From Adineta vaga (Eukaryota > Animalia > Rotifera), in contig CP075493.1 of the NCBI GenBank assembly GCA_021613535.1, forward strand, positions 3,658,001 to 3,722,000: a stretch of 64,000 bases of DNA, written 5' to 3'. Within the stretch, counting starts at the first letter, position 1, and every line of letters starts with the position of its first letter. Shown here piece by piece: positions 26,465-40,923 of this stretch. The translations under genes and the position numbers were made by a program. Under the pieces are notes generated by a model. The model was not told the origin of the DNA. It saw only the letters and a list, made by a program, of their open reading frames with translations, and did not search any database.

Positions 26465-28544
26465 TCAAAAACTTGTTCGAACTGTTGAATGATGATCATC
26501 ATCATCGTTATGTTCAACGGGTTTGATCGTTTCAGGTTGAACTACAAACGTTGGATTATCATAGGTAATAGAATCGACATGATTGGATGTACGTATAATA
26601 CTAGTTCTATTTTTGCCGGATTCAAAGAGTGGAATAATTGTACTTGAATCATTTCGTGTATGATGATTAGCCATTAGAAGTTCTTTATGATCTAATACAT
26701 CCAATTCGTGACGTGAAAGATGTTGTACAATAGCACAACCAATTGAATCACCAAAGACATTGATTGCTGTACGAAATCGATCACTAAGAGAAAGAATAGA
26801 AAATGAAAATAGTTGAGAGAAAAACTTGTTTTTCAAGTCAATTCATTTACAGTAACCAATCAACAGCATAGATTGTTCGTACTTCATCGGATGGTAAACC
26901 AAGTGCATTGAGAACAATAACCATAGTAACAAGACCTGCTTGAGGAATACTTGCAGCACCTATTGATGCTAATGTAGATGTTAAACTAAAATCAAATAAA
27001 TATACTCTAAACTTCAATCATAGCAATTTGAACTTACCTGGTAACAATAATTTTCACTGCATTCAATGGTATTCCATTCAATTGTGCAATATATATTGCA
27101 GCTACAGCTTCATATAATGCTGTTCCATCCATATTTACTGTTGCACCAACCGGTAGAACAAAACGTGAAACTCTTGGATCAATATGATTTTTTTCTTCTA
27201 CACATCGATATGTTACTGGTAATGTTGCGGATGAACTTGCCGTACCAAATGCCGTAACTAATGCTTGACTCATTCCACGGATATATTTAAACACATTCAT
27301 ACGTGTTACAATAAAGAGAATTAAAGGTAAAACAATAAATCCATGAATAAACAAACCAGCTAAAACAGTCACCATATAGAGACCTAATGATCCAACGAAA
27401 TCTTTTAAAGTATCCATTTCCAGCATTTTCGCAACAATTAGAAAGAAAATACCAATTGGACTATATAACATAGCGATACGTACAAGTTGCATAACAACTT
27501 CAAGCATTGCTTCAAAAAATTGTTTGAGAATCAATGCTTTTTCTTTTAATCGACTAATAATAATACCGAAGAGAATACAAAAGAGTAATAAACCAAGGAC
27601 ATTAATACCATCTCTTTTCACGACTTGTGGATCATAAATTGTTTTATTATAAACTAAATTTTCATATTTGTCTACATATTCTTATTAGTAAAGCTAACGT
27701 TTTACCTATATTATTAGGACCAATCACTGTTGTTCTATTGACTTTCAGATCTGTGCCAACCTATTTGAAATTTAATGAATAGGTTCTATATATCTTTGAT
27801 AAATATTTACCGATCGAAATGCTGCTTCCATAATATTATCGGGAAATAGATTTCTATTAGATAAATTTGAAAGACGAATAAGAATAAATTATGCTTGTTA
27901 TTTACCTAAATAAATCCAAAACAGTATCAACTGTTCGACCTTCAGCTGATTTTGCACCGGCTTTTATTTCGATTGTACCACCACGTTTACCCGGTCGAAT
28001 TGTTAATACAAGAACAATGCCAACAATAGCGGCAATAATTGTTGTACCAAAATAATAGACCAATGCTCGTATACCCATTTTGCCTGATGATTGAGCATCT
28101 AATTGAGCTAATGATGAAATAATACTTGATACGATCAATGGAAGTATCAGCATTTTAAGAATATTAATAAAAATTCTGCCAGGAAAATCAATATAAGTTA
28201 TATCTTCCTTTGTTATACGACATCCATTCACATATTCATCTAGTAGATAACAATGAAAGTAGAATAAACGATAAAAAGAAGTTTACCTCCAGAACATTTG
28301 AGACCTCGAAGTGCAATTCCAACAGCAATACCAATGATAACAGCAGCAACTGTAGCAATAAGTAGAGCTTGTTCTTTAAGATTTTCTTTACTACAACATT
28401 GTTCACAAAAACCACTTCGTGCTAATGGTAATACAATAGGCGGTTGTGATCTTCGACTATTGTTGAGGGAGCACGTGAACGTTTACGATCAGAGATAACT
28501 AAGGGTGTAACCCTAGATATCGATGTTCTCTTCACACCATGCAT
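26465..28544 (-). CDS. SLC1A: SLC1A excitatory amino acid (glutamate) transporter; the N-terminus needs one frameshift correction
   Basis: [72 protein letters not shown] and DWLLDRFRT; C-terminal PDZ-type RTSF. The start codon is uncertain. Confidence 0.93.
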
Positions 28545-29124
28545 GGACTATTCGAAAGGGAAAAAGAAGAGTTCGATAGATAATAGCTGTAAGAATTGAA
28601 TTTACCTTTTATTTTTTTAAAAGAAGTTTCTTGGATTTGAATGCTAATCAATAAATATATTTGATAAAAAACATAAACGAAGAATATAAGAGTAAAAGTC
28701 TATGTATATAGAACTTTCTTCAAGGATAAGAAGCAATAAGATATGCTATCGAATAAGAACGTTTTTAACAATTGAAAAAATAAATTTCGATACGAGATTT
28801 TGCTAAATATAGTTCATGAATTATTAATTTCGTTCTCTTCACTGTTAAATTAGATAAATAGTATGAAGATTTGGTCTGTTCGCTTTTTCTCTTCGAATGA
28901 AAATGTTGACATGATATTTATGCGTACGAGTATCTCTATCGATTTGAAAGAGCATCAATTCACATTAATGATGAAAACAAGAAGAAATACATCGTTGATA
29001 AAGTGTATAGTCTTTTTTTCTCGTCTATTCGATGAGGGCATCTATCATTCGAGATAAAAGAACATAACTAAATTCAATTTCAATCGAATTATTTATTATA
29101 TAGAACATGATGAATGTGTGAAGA

Positions 29125-29901
<777 letters not shown>

Positions 29902-30079
29902 TCTGACTGAAATGAAATAATCGTTTATAATAGAACAGATCACATAATCGCCATTTAAAAATTTTTCTAACTTAACAACCACTGCCTAGATGTCGTGTGA
30001 GACTTCACTTTTCAATGAATCATCACTTATCAGCCGTACGTACTTTTTACTCATTTTAAATAAATTTTGAGAAAATAAA

Positions 30080-31523
30080 ATGTCAAATACACAATTACCA
30101 TTTCGAAATCGTCTCCGATCGAATTCCTATGATCAAGCTATGTCTAGTGAACCATCAGAAGGAAAAACACAAAATTCCGCATTATCGCAACCCAAAGAAC
30201 AAAATTCAGATGAGATATATCTAGTCAAATGGATTGAATTCAATCGTGAACGATTACCAATTCTTTTGCAAAATGTCAATGGACCTTGTCCAATACTTGC
30301 AATTGTTAATATTCTTCTATTAAGAAAACGAGTAAATCAATTCCGACACCAATAATATTACACGAAATGCATCTTATTTAGATATTTCTTCGTCCGAATG
30401 CGACCACAATACGTACAGAACAAGTCATAGCATCGATTGCTGAATATATCCTTCAAATAGATTCAACCGTAAATGACAAATATTTAAATCATGTTTTAAT
30501 TGTTTCTCTCATTTTCTTTTTTCTATGAAGAAATTACTAAATGAACAACAAGCTAATTATGAACAAAATATTGAAGATGCACTTGCTGTACTTCCTAAAC
30601 TTACAACAGGAATAGATATTAATTTAAAATTCAATGGGTAATTAGACAAAAAACAAGTTAATCGTCTAGTATATATTCTTTGTATGTTTTAGTGTCGATC
30701 AATTTGAATACACACGAGAATGTATTATATTTGATTTACTTGGCATACAATTATATCATGGATGGATTATTGATCCACAAGATCAGCAATTACAAGCAGT
30801 AGTCGATTCAAATGCTTCAAGTTATAATCAATTAGTAGAGAAAATGATTCGACAAAAACAATCTGATAATGGAAATCTTTCACGAGAAAGTAAATATTTT
30901 AGAAGAAAAACTATGTTGAATTTCTACAAAAGATCATTGAATATATCCTTATTTAGGTTTAGTAATCGAGCAATTTCTCGAAGAGAATCGTTCACAATTA
31001 ACACATTATGGTATTCTTAAATTAAATGAAGCAATACGTGATAATCAATTAGCTGTTCTATTTCGAAATAATCATTTTAATGTAGTATGGAAAAATCAAG
31101 TAAATCATTTCATAATTTCGAATAATCAAAGTAATAAATGGCATTGTTCTAGCATCAATTACTTCTACTGGTTTCTGATCAAGGTTATTTAAATCATCCA
31201 TCAATCGTCTTCGAAACATTGACTGATATTGATAATAATAGTACATTTACGGATGGTTATGGACAAGTTTGGCAAAGACCAGTGACAGCAAATACAACAC
31301 GAGAGTGTGTTTCTTTATGAATATTAGCAGAACAATTTTTTTTTCTTTTTTATTTAGTCGTGATTTAGCTGTTGCTATTTACAATGAAGAACGACGACAA
31401 TATTATCAAGAACCACCTCGTCAAGGATATTATTATGAACGAAGTTCAAGAAAATCGAAGAAGAAACATCGAAATCGTTCGTTGGATGATGATCATTATC
31501 ATGATGATTGTATTTTATTATAA
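30080..31523 (+). CDS. MINDY1: MINDY1/2 (FAM63) K48 deubiquitinase with C-terminal CaaX
   Basis: Catalytic Cys in QNVNGPCPILAI; LPKLTTGIDIN; LYHGWIIDPQ; catalytic His in FRNNHF; SDQGYL; ends DCILL* like vertebrate MINDY1. Confidence 0.92.
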
Positions 31524-31624
31524 TTTATTTAGTTTTGTTTTTTTCTCTTGATAATTATTTTACGAATTAAAATACAATAAATACTGATAGTTGTAAAAAC
31601 TTTCTCCCTTTTATTTTTGTTTGT

Positions 31625-32609
31625 CTATTTACAAAGATGTTCGAATTCATTCGGAAACATGTAATAAGATGATGATGATGCTGTTGAATCACGACTATTT
31701 CCAATTGGATAACGGTTTAATGGTGTGTTTAATATTATCGATGTTTCTGTACATCGTGATTTTGCATCACTTGGTGTCATACTAATTGTTGATATACGAT
31801 TGGACAAAGATCGATTATGTTCTAATAAAAGTGGTGAAGCAGCTGGTAAAGGCATTTGAACAAGTGACATTCGTCGTTGTTGACGTTGTTTACTACGACG
31901 AATTGATATTAAACATTGACAAACCATAACAAAGATAAGTAATGTCATGGCAAGAAAGATACCAACGGTACATATTTGTAAGAAAAACCATTTTTCTGGA
32001 AGAAAATTATTTGAAGGATGAAGAATGTAATCATTTGATGATTCGTAAACAATATCAGATGATGATGTTGTTGTTGTTGACGATAATGATGATGTTAGAA
32101 TACAACAGTAACGATCTGTTTCCGAACCACAACAAACACGAGGTGATGAACAATCAAAACCTAAAAATAAGTTCATAAATGATTTACAATGTCTTCATTG
32201 ATAAACGGCAAGGTCAAATAACATCGACGTAATGGTTTAAATAATTACAGATCAACATAGATAACTTCATAGAATACGAGACAGCTTTCGTATTATGTGT
32301 CCTTCTACCTGTCAGCGGGTGTTAATATTGGAAAAAGATCTTATTTACAATCAATAGATGTATGTAACAACAAGCAACAAAATTTTTGTTTTCTTTCTAT
32401 AGAAATAAGATCTTAACTTAAGAAATCTTGAATAAATAGTCTTCAAAATATATGATGAACTACGATCTAGAATTAATTTGACTATCATTGCTGTGTTAAG
32501 ATATAGATTGACTAAAGTATATAGTACATTGAAAAAAATAACAAAAATCTTTCATACCATTGTTCCATATACCATATCGATCAAGAAAACCAGGACATGA
32601 TGTGATCAT
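31625..32609 (-). CDS. Second Shisa-like single-pass membrane protein, 2 exons
   Basis: Spliced MITSCPGFLDRYGIWNN|GFDCSSPRVCCGSETDRYCC, followed by a TM helix ICTVGIFLAMTLLIFVMVC and a Ser-rich tail. Confidence 0.8.
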
Positions 32610-33472
32610 GATGAATGAATGAATGGATGAATGAAAGTTAGTTGCAGACGGTGTTCGTTATTCTCATGAAAATGTTCTGTCTGTCATCAGACAAGAAAAA
32701 TAAGACGAAGAAGACAGCAGTAATGTAAAAAAAACGGAAAGTAGCTCGTCTTTCTTATATCTATCAAATCAGATAAGTGAAAGGAAAAGAAAAGCATCAT
32801 TTTCTCTCCGGAGAGAAAAAACAGATTAATCATGAATAGTACAGACGATGATATCGTTCAGTCTCATATCTCAACTGAATAAAAGTCGATTCCATCTGGC
32901 AGTAGAGATAATTGATGAGCTGGGACATACATGCATATAGATAGATAGATCGAGAGTAAAACGTATACGAACATTTGCACTGTTTATAGAATCACCAAAA
33001 GGAAAACGACAGACATGTCAGTTCACATATTTCAATTAGATGTGGACGAAAGACAGACCAGAATTGATTGACAAAGAGACAACTTATGTTAAGGATCATT
33101 ACCTATACACAAACGGAATATTTCAAATTATATGACCTTCTTATCATGCAAAATCTTCCATACAATTGAACTTTCTTTCTTTCATTGTGTTTTTTCTCTT
33201 TTGTTATCACTCAACTCATTTACCCTGTTTACATAACTTATCATTTTCACACATTATAGAGAAATAATAGCAACAAAAATTGCTGTCTCTTTCCGTCTCG
33301 TCAATTCAACATATCGCATACTTATATAACTTCTCATTGTTGTTATTGTTTATTTATTGTACAACATTCATCAATCCTTTTATGTTACTAGATACTAATA
33401 ATATATTATGAAACGACATGTTTTGTTATTCTCATAACACTCTTGAATACACATAGATTAGAAAACAATTAA

Positions 33473-34843
33473 TTAGAGATATTTTTTAATGAAATCCAGT
33501 TTAGCTGATATTGATGAATAAACACCAGGTTTGATTGTTTCAGTATTAGCTCCATGTGATGTAATTCCAAAGAGATACCAACGATGATTTGTTCCATTGA
33601 GAATCATCAATGGACCGCCACTATCGCCCTCTATAAAATAAAAAAATGAAAAAGAAATTGATAAGTTTGTGTTTTTTTATAAGTTGGAAAAAACACAATC
33701 TTTCACAAAAGAAAGAAGAAACTTTTACTTCTTGTTTTATTGGAAAGATCAACTAAGAATTCTATATAGTCGTTTATATTCAACAGAGAAACAAAATGAC
33801 GGATGAAAAAAATGGTCAATGGTATTGGAATGCTAATCATGATCCATTTGCTAATCAACAAGAAGCACAATGGACTGCTTACAATGAAGAAGATAATAAT
33901 TTGATTGAACAACGTTATAAATCTCAAGCAGACAAAGCTGAATTAAAAGATTATATTATTCATTTTGACTTTTTAACTCAAATTCACAAATATGATCATA
34001 ATAAACAACGTCAAGTAAAACGAGAAATCAAAGAACTTACCACGTGAATCAACATTATCGTGTGTATTCGTGGCGCATATTTCATCATTTTCATCGAATG
34101 AACTAAAAACTTGTTTACAATAATTATTTGATTTGATATAAACTAGACCTTGTTTTAAATGAAAGGATCCAAATGTATTTAATTCACCCACAGGATATTT
34201 TCCACCCCATCCAGCAATAAAAGCTGTTGTTTCAGATTTTAATTGTTGATGCTTCTCATTAGGTAAACATACGGAATTGACCATTTTTGAACGTTCAAGC
34301 GTTTTTTTCAATTTAATAATTGCGATATCATAATCACAACATGAAACAAAATTAGGATGGATAATTACTTGAGAGACTGCATAATAATTGAAAAGATTGA
34401 GACGACCAAGAAGAGTAGAGGCACCAGCAATTACACTGAGATATTTCGTTTCATCGACAATACAATGTGCCGCTAGAAAAGAAATTTTCTTGGAATTCAT
34501 ATGTATCAAATCATAAGAAATTACCTGTAACAATTGTATTAGGACCAATAATTGCTCCACCACATGATTTCATTGATTTGACATTGAGAACGTTAACCAT
34601 CCATGGGAAAGAATGATCAGCGGCAGATATACCACCCGTTACACGTGGTGTATCCATTTTTGCTGGTAATATCTGTGGAACATCTGATTTTCCACAGTCA
34701 AACGAACGTTGTGATTCATTTCGATCAAAAGTACGTTTGATTTTATGCCAAGCCCATTCAAGAAAATGGTTTTCAACTGGTTGTATACATAAGATAAGGC
34801 ATAGAAGGCATGTAAGGATGAAAATTTTCATTGTAACAATCAT
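33473..34843 (-). CDS. Secreted trypsin-family (S1A) serine protease, 3 exons
   Basis: Signal peptide, activation site PR|VTGG, FPWMV, TAAHC, DYDIAIIKL; the spliced junction gives DSRE-GDSGGPL; KPGVYS. The catalytic triad is intact. Confidence 0.92.
33796..34047 (+). CDS. Stand-alone WWE-domain micro-protein nested antisense in protease intron 2
   Basis: QWYW...DPF...WTAYNEEDNNLIEQRY...YIIHF..LTQI......RQVKR has the WWE signature (W, W, E, Y-x-I-x-F, Q, R-x-V-x-R). AAAATG context. Confidence 0.7.
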   Translation: MTDEKNGQWYWNANHDPFANQQEAQWTAYNEEDNNLIEQRYKSQADKAELKDYIIHFDFLTQIHKYDHNKQRQVKREIKELTT

Positions 34844-36546
34844 ATGTAAGTCGATATTTCAAATGAACTTTATGTTGATATACGTGCACACACACACACG
34901 GATTGATTCGTTCTCACTTCGAGGTTATTCGAATGTTAATTTCTCCTTTTTTTCTTTGTATTTATCGTTCTCTTTGGCCTTCTTGCACATATATATATAT
35001 ATATATATTGTATCCTAGTAGCATTGCTCGATATATGAGTGAACAAAGAACAAATCGTCAAGGCGAATGATATGTGCACGAATATTCGTTCTGCGACTAC
35101 TATTGCATAGATGTGTCTAAAATTCAAACGATGAAATAAATACGTATATTCAAGGAGAAAAAGTACTAGCATATGATTCACTAATAGCAGTTTTTATTTA
35201 TACTTCTTTTGATTTTAACATATCGAGTTTGAGATATATATTGTATGGAATGTTTCTGATAGTGATATCGTTATAATTAGATGTGTTACTATTGATATTA
35301 CTGTCTGATGTTTATAGACGAATAGATGATCGAAAGCATTGACTTAATGAGACCTCACACATAATGCGTATGAATATTATCTGTTAGACAGAGTATGTTC
35401 AAGGAAATGATATACGTTCAGTTTATCTATTTTCACACAATTGTATCTATTGTTCGAACAAATGTAGAAAAACAGTTTCTACTTGCATGGATTATAAATA
35501 AATACGATAAAATGAGTGTTGTATTCAGTTTTTTTAGAGAATGATATTTGATATCGTCGTTTGAACAAAAAACCAAATTGCATACATATTTTTTTATCAA
35601 TACACTACCGAAAGCTAAAGAAAAAGTGATAACCCCTTAACTCATCTTTCTATTTCTCAGTAAAGTCATTCAAAAGATATTTTATCATCTTTCTAAACAG
35701 TCAGTCAAAGATCTCTTCATTGAAATAACACTGACAAATAAGACAAGACTTCAAAAAATATAACTTTTTTTTGCATTCAATGTAGTCCTTTCTTCTATCC
35801 TACAATATTAAAATAAATAGTATGCTCGGAAATTATCTTTCTAGATGTCAATTGATTATTTTGTATGATTTGAAATCATGCCATGACAAAATCTAAATTT
35901 GGCTTTACCGAAAACTCGTGTTAAATTTCCAGACTGAATATTATTTATCATAGTGAATGAGAATTATCTAATATTTCCACTTAATAAATTTCTTTCATTC
36001 AATGATACCTACAAGATGCATTCGTGAACACACACAAAAAAATGCTTGTGACAAGTATCATCAATGTATGCATGTATTTTTCCATCAAACCCATCAAGTG
36101 TCCATTTTTTTTTCAATTATTATCATCATTATTTTCATTTCGTCACATATTGAACATTACACAAGATAAGAATAGAAGAAGCAATTCTGTTGTTCTTTTT
36201 ATCACCGTTTTCAATGTACTCAAGGGAGACAGTTGATTAAATAAATGCATGACATTATACTACTGTTTTTCAGGTGAATACATGTATATGTTGAATGAAT
36301 GAAATTGAATTAGCAATTGTCTTTCTCTCACTCATTCCTATTCTTTTACAATTACTCAATAGAAAAAGAAAAGAAACGTTGTTGACTTCCTATGACTTCA
36401 TATCGGCGGTGAAGATCGATTGAAACAAAACAATCATCGCACATATTTACATTTCATTCTATCAACTGTATATATTTATATGAGAATAGAAGATTAAAAG
36501 ACAAACGAAAATGAAGAAGAAGAGGAGAAGAGAAAAAAAATTGAAT

Positions 36547-37434
36547 TTAAACAGATTTGTTCGGACTTGTAATTGTTGGTGACAATGAATCGGATGAAGA
36601 TTTATTTGTATCTATTAATGATCTTTGTTGAAGAGCAAAGAGAGCATCAACAGCTGATGTTGCTGTCATGTAAGGTGAATACCATAATGAAGGATGTGTA
36701 CTAGCCATACCAGTATTTGTTTGATGCTGTTGAAACAATCGATGAACAGCAGCTAAACTATTTTGTTGTTCGAAAAATTCAAAACTAACCGCAGTTTGTC
36801 GTTTCCATTTAGTTCTAAATAATGAACATACGAGATTTTTTCCGAATATCTTTGATTGGATTTACCTTCGATTTTGATACCATGTCTTAACTTGTGTATC
36901 CGATAAATTTAAACGAGCAGCAAGTTCCATACGATCTTGAACACTTAAATATTTTTGTCTTTCAAAACTTTTCTCTAAACAATTTAATTGTTGATCGGTA
37001 AATGCTGTACGAGCTTTTCGTGGTTTTTTATTTGTTTTTAATGAATTCATATGAATACCATGACCACTATCTGATGTACCACTTCCTTCGTCGAGATCTG
37101 ATTCTATAAAAGTCAAAAATTAAAAAACTTATCAAACCTATTCTGATTGGTTAAAAAGATCTATTGGTCAAGAACAAAAACGCTTACCATTATCATCACT
37201 GTCGTGTAACATTGTCTCATCTTCATCGATGATTGATGTTAAAGGAAGTTTATGATCAGGTGAAGGTGATGATCGACTATTATTTTCGAGTATGTCGGTA
37301 ATGAAAAATGAAGAACAACAACGTCGTTTGGATTTTAATGTTGTTTGCATTGTTGTTGCTCGAAGTATATTTGGTGATAAGAATAAGAAACTGGTCGATG
37401 AAGCCATGCGACTTTCTGTAATCGGGCGTGACAT
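36547..37434 (-). CDS. BarH: BarH-like homeobox protein (copy 1), 3 exons
   Basis: eh1/FIL motif FFITDIL; homeodomain [53 protein letters not shown]|TKWKRQ with the BarH-diagnostic Tyr in WYQNRR. Confidence 0.95.
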
Positions 37435-39698
37435 GAAATATAATTGGAAAAATTTAAATGTATATACTATGTTCTGCTTCTCTTTTTTCTCATTCTGTCT
37501 CTCTATAATCTCTTTCTTGATTGGTTCTAAAAGAGAAAACGAAGTGTATGACTCGCTACCTTGTCTTCATTTTCTTTTCTCGTTTGCCGATCATCTCTCT
37601 TGAGACTTCCTTTCGATCGCAAATTGTTTTCTTTAACATCGATCAAATGTTCTCTATTTCTCATTTTTTTTCTTTGTAAAATGTGTTCGATTTGCTTTCT
37701 CGCTCTCTCTCTCTTCATAATATACACGCATGCATCAAGATTGATGTTCAACGAACTTGTTCGATTGACTCAATTTATTGCAGAAATCTACATTTCAGAC
37801 GTAAACGAATTAGAATCATCTCGAGTGAGACAAAGAGGCAAACAAATTGACAACAGTTTCCTAATAATGATGCGAATGGATAGATTTACTCAACCGTGCC
37901 AATATTGAACTTTATTTTCTCTTATTTTGCTTTTGAATCAATCTGTTAATTACTATTAAATTAGATTATATTTAAGCAATAGCAACAACTTGGTTGTTGT
38001 ACATGTTACCGCCTATCCATCTGCTAGTTTTAACTCAACATCAAACATATAGATAAAAACCCTAGAGGCAACATGAGATGATGCTTGAATATAATAAAAA
38101 AAAAAGAAATCGAAAGACAGCAAAATTTATGATAACAATTGCACGCGAGCCGATCATTTGTAATGAATATGAGAAGCTAATCTTTTTGCAAGTAATACAG
38201 TTTTGTTCTATTTCATTGTCGAAATCCGTCTATCATTTCAATACTATGATCAATTTTGAGACGACACGCTATCTATCTGTCTATCTACGCGATCTATTCA
38301 GGTAGAAGAAAATTGAATCGGAACGAGTCATTTGGGGATGAGAATGAAGAAAGAGTAAAAATGACAGGTATGATGATCATTTGTATTTATATTTTAGTGT
38401 TATGAGTCTCATGATAGACACCTTCTGATATTCATACACATTTGAAACAATGACATTAGTTCTCATTTTTATATTTTAATTCAATAATAATGATTGATTG
38501 AAGTTTTCTTGTTTGAATAAAACAAATTTGATCTATAACTTCATTTCAATTCAAACACCGCATGTTATTTTTCACTATCATCTGTAGTCGAAAATAAAAT
38601 TCTTTGTTTTGTAAAGTATGCCTCATTGAACTTGAAAATTGAAAATAATTGATTAGTTTGAACACTATTCGAAGTGAATGACAACATCTTATACAACACC
38701 TTCGGTTTCGGCTTTTGCTAACGGATTTAAACCTTAAGTTATTCTCAAAAAAAGGGTGAGACATAGACTAACACCTTATGTTCAATCATTGAACCATACA
38801 ACGAACAAACGATAATAGTCAATATGTGACATTAAAATAAAAAAATATACAGGTGACTTATGACCTTGATCATGATCACCTGCTCTCTAAATATCAATTT
38901 ATTATTGACAAAATCAATATCATCAAAGCATGCGCTTGTGCACATACTAAAAAGAAAACGAAAGGAAAAGAAATGTAATGTATGTCTATCTCATGATCAT
39001 CATCCATTAAACATTTGTATAAGCACGAGCAGGTCTATCGATCGATTATTATTATTAAAACAAGCACCTTCAAAGTGTCAATCCGATCCGTATTGTGAGC
39101 ATACATTGTGTAAAGAACATGATGATCTCGATAATGATGAGAAAATCATTTTCTTTCAAATAGAACGAATGATACAACGTTGATTTTTCTGATTTGCATC
39201 TCATAAACATATATAATCAAGTGAACAAGAATATGTATTGATTGACTGACTGATCAATCAATTTATGTACACATATATATATATGTGTATCTAGTTTTGT
39301 CACACAATCACTCTAGTAGAGGAAATGAAATGTTATTTTCAAAAGATACATTGAGTCTTTTTTCTCTTTCTTTCTCTCTCTCTCTGTCTAATACTCTAGT
39401 TGATCTACCAATCGTTTCGTTCGATCTTTTTTAGTCTTTTTTTTTCTTACACCAATCAAGTGCATTTGTAGATATACGTTCGTTGAAGGAGAGAATGTAC
39501 GTAAAATGTCAATTATCTGCCTTTTCTCTTTTGTACTTCATTGCAAATGAAAAGAAATCCTACTTGTCATCAGAAAGAAGAAGAGAATAACAAAAGAAAT
39601 GAGAGTGAAAAGAAGAAAAAAAAGAAAATGCTATATTATAAATCTACATCGATTTGATTGACCGACTTAGTTACAATAAGTGTTAGAAAAAGGTAATC

Positions 39699-40547
39699 AT
39701 GACGAAACAACGGCGGACATTTTTTGTTGATGACATCTTATATAAAGTAATGCCAATCAAGGAAACACTTTCTTGTTCAAATGATCAGAGTAATGATGGT
39801 AATAATAAAAAGAATCATTTGAAACGTAAACGATCATCAGATATATCCAATAATGATAATCGAGATGAAGAAATATCAAAAAAAAAACGTCGATCTTATG
39901 ATGATTACTCGCCAGTTGTGGATGTTATAGGTGAAGAAGAGTCATGTACTAGTGAAAATAGTCACAATACTGGTAAGCGAAATCATGAAAATTCATGTTT
40001 TATAGTCGATAATTTATCATAGATGATGAATTATATGCATCAAGTTCATCTTTGCCATCAATGACATTACGATCAAATAAAAAGCAACGAAAACCTCGTA
40101 CTGCATTTACTGATGGTCAATTGAATTCATTGGAGAAAAGTTTTGAACGACAAAAATATCTCAGTGTTCAAGAACGTTTAGACTTAGCTAATCGTTTACA
40201 TTTATCTGATACACAAGTTAAAACATGGTATCAAAATCGAAGGTTTGTTTCTTATTGAATTGTTTAATCTGAACTTGAAACTTTTCTCTAGAACAAAATG
40301 GAAACGACAAGCATGTTTTGGTTTGGAATTCTTTTCTGGTAATGCATTGCAACAATGGATGCATCGACAACCACATTTATTGACGGCTGCGGCTGCTTCT
40401 TCTCTTTACCGATCATCATCAGATTCATCAAATACGATCGGACCATTTGGTTCAGCTCTTCTAAACGAAGCCAAAGCAGCCATGATTACTAAATCTCTTT
40501 CTCAACGATTTCATCCCACGACTCTTGCTTGTCAACGACAAGAATAA
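39699..40547 (+). CDS. BarH: BarH-like homeobox protein (copy 2), 3 exons
   Basis: eh1 FFVDDIL; homeodomain [53 protein letters not shown]|TKWKRQ, with the same intron position as copy 1. Confidence 0.93.
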
Positions 40548-40923
40548 ACAGAACAAATAAACTAATTTGTAAGAATATATGACAAAAAAAATTGATCTTA
40601 TTTTTGTTTTATTTTATGCCATATTGATGTGAATCGATGATGTATCTTTTTTAAGAAAACAAATTTCTTTTTTGTTTTACTTTTGAATATGTTTTCATGT
40701 AATGACTTATATAAAAGAAATCATATTTAGATTAACAAAGATATATGAAAAGTGAGGACGTGTATTGACGAATCAAGATGATTGATATATTGAACATAGA
40801 ACATAAGTCACCGATCGTCTGAAAAGCATAAAAAAATTCTAGTATAGCTACCTATGATAATTTTTGAATCTTAAAAAACATTTTAGTGTGTATCGATTGT
40901 TTTTTCTAAAATGAATTGAAGTT

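Noticed and set aside
37527-39183. Several 70-115 aa ORFs between the BarH genes
   Set aside because: They show no homology signal and have low-complexity composition, which is consistent with non-coding regulatory DNA.
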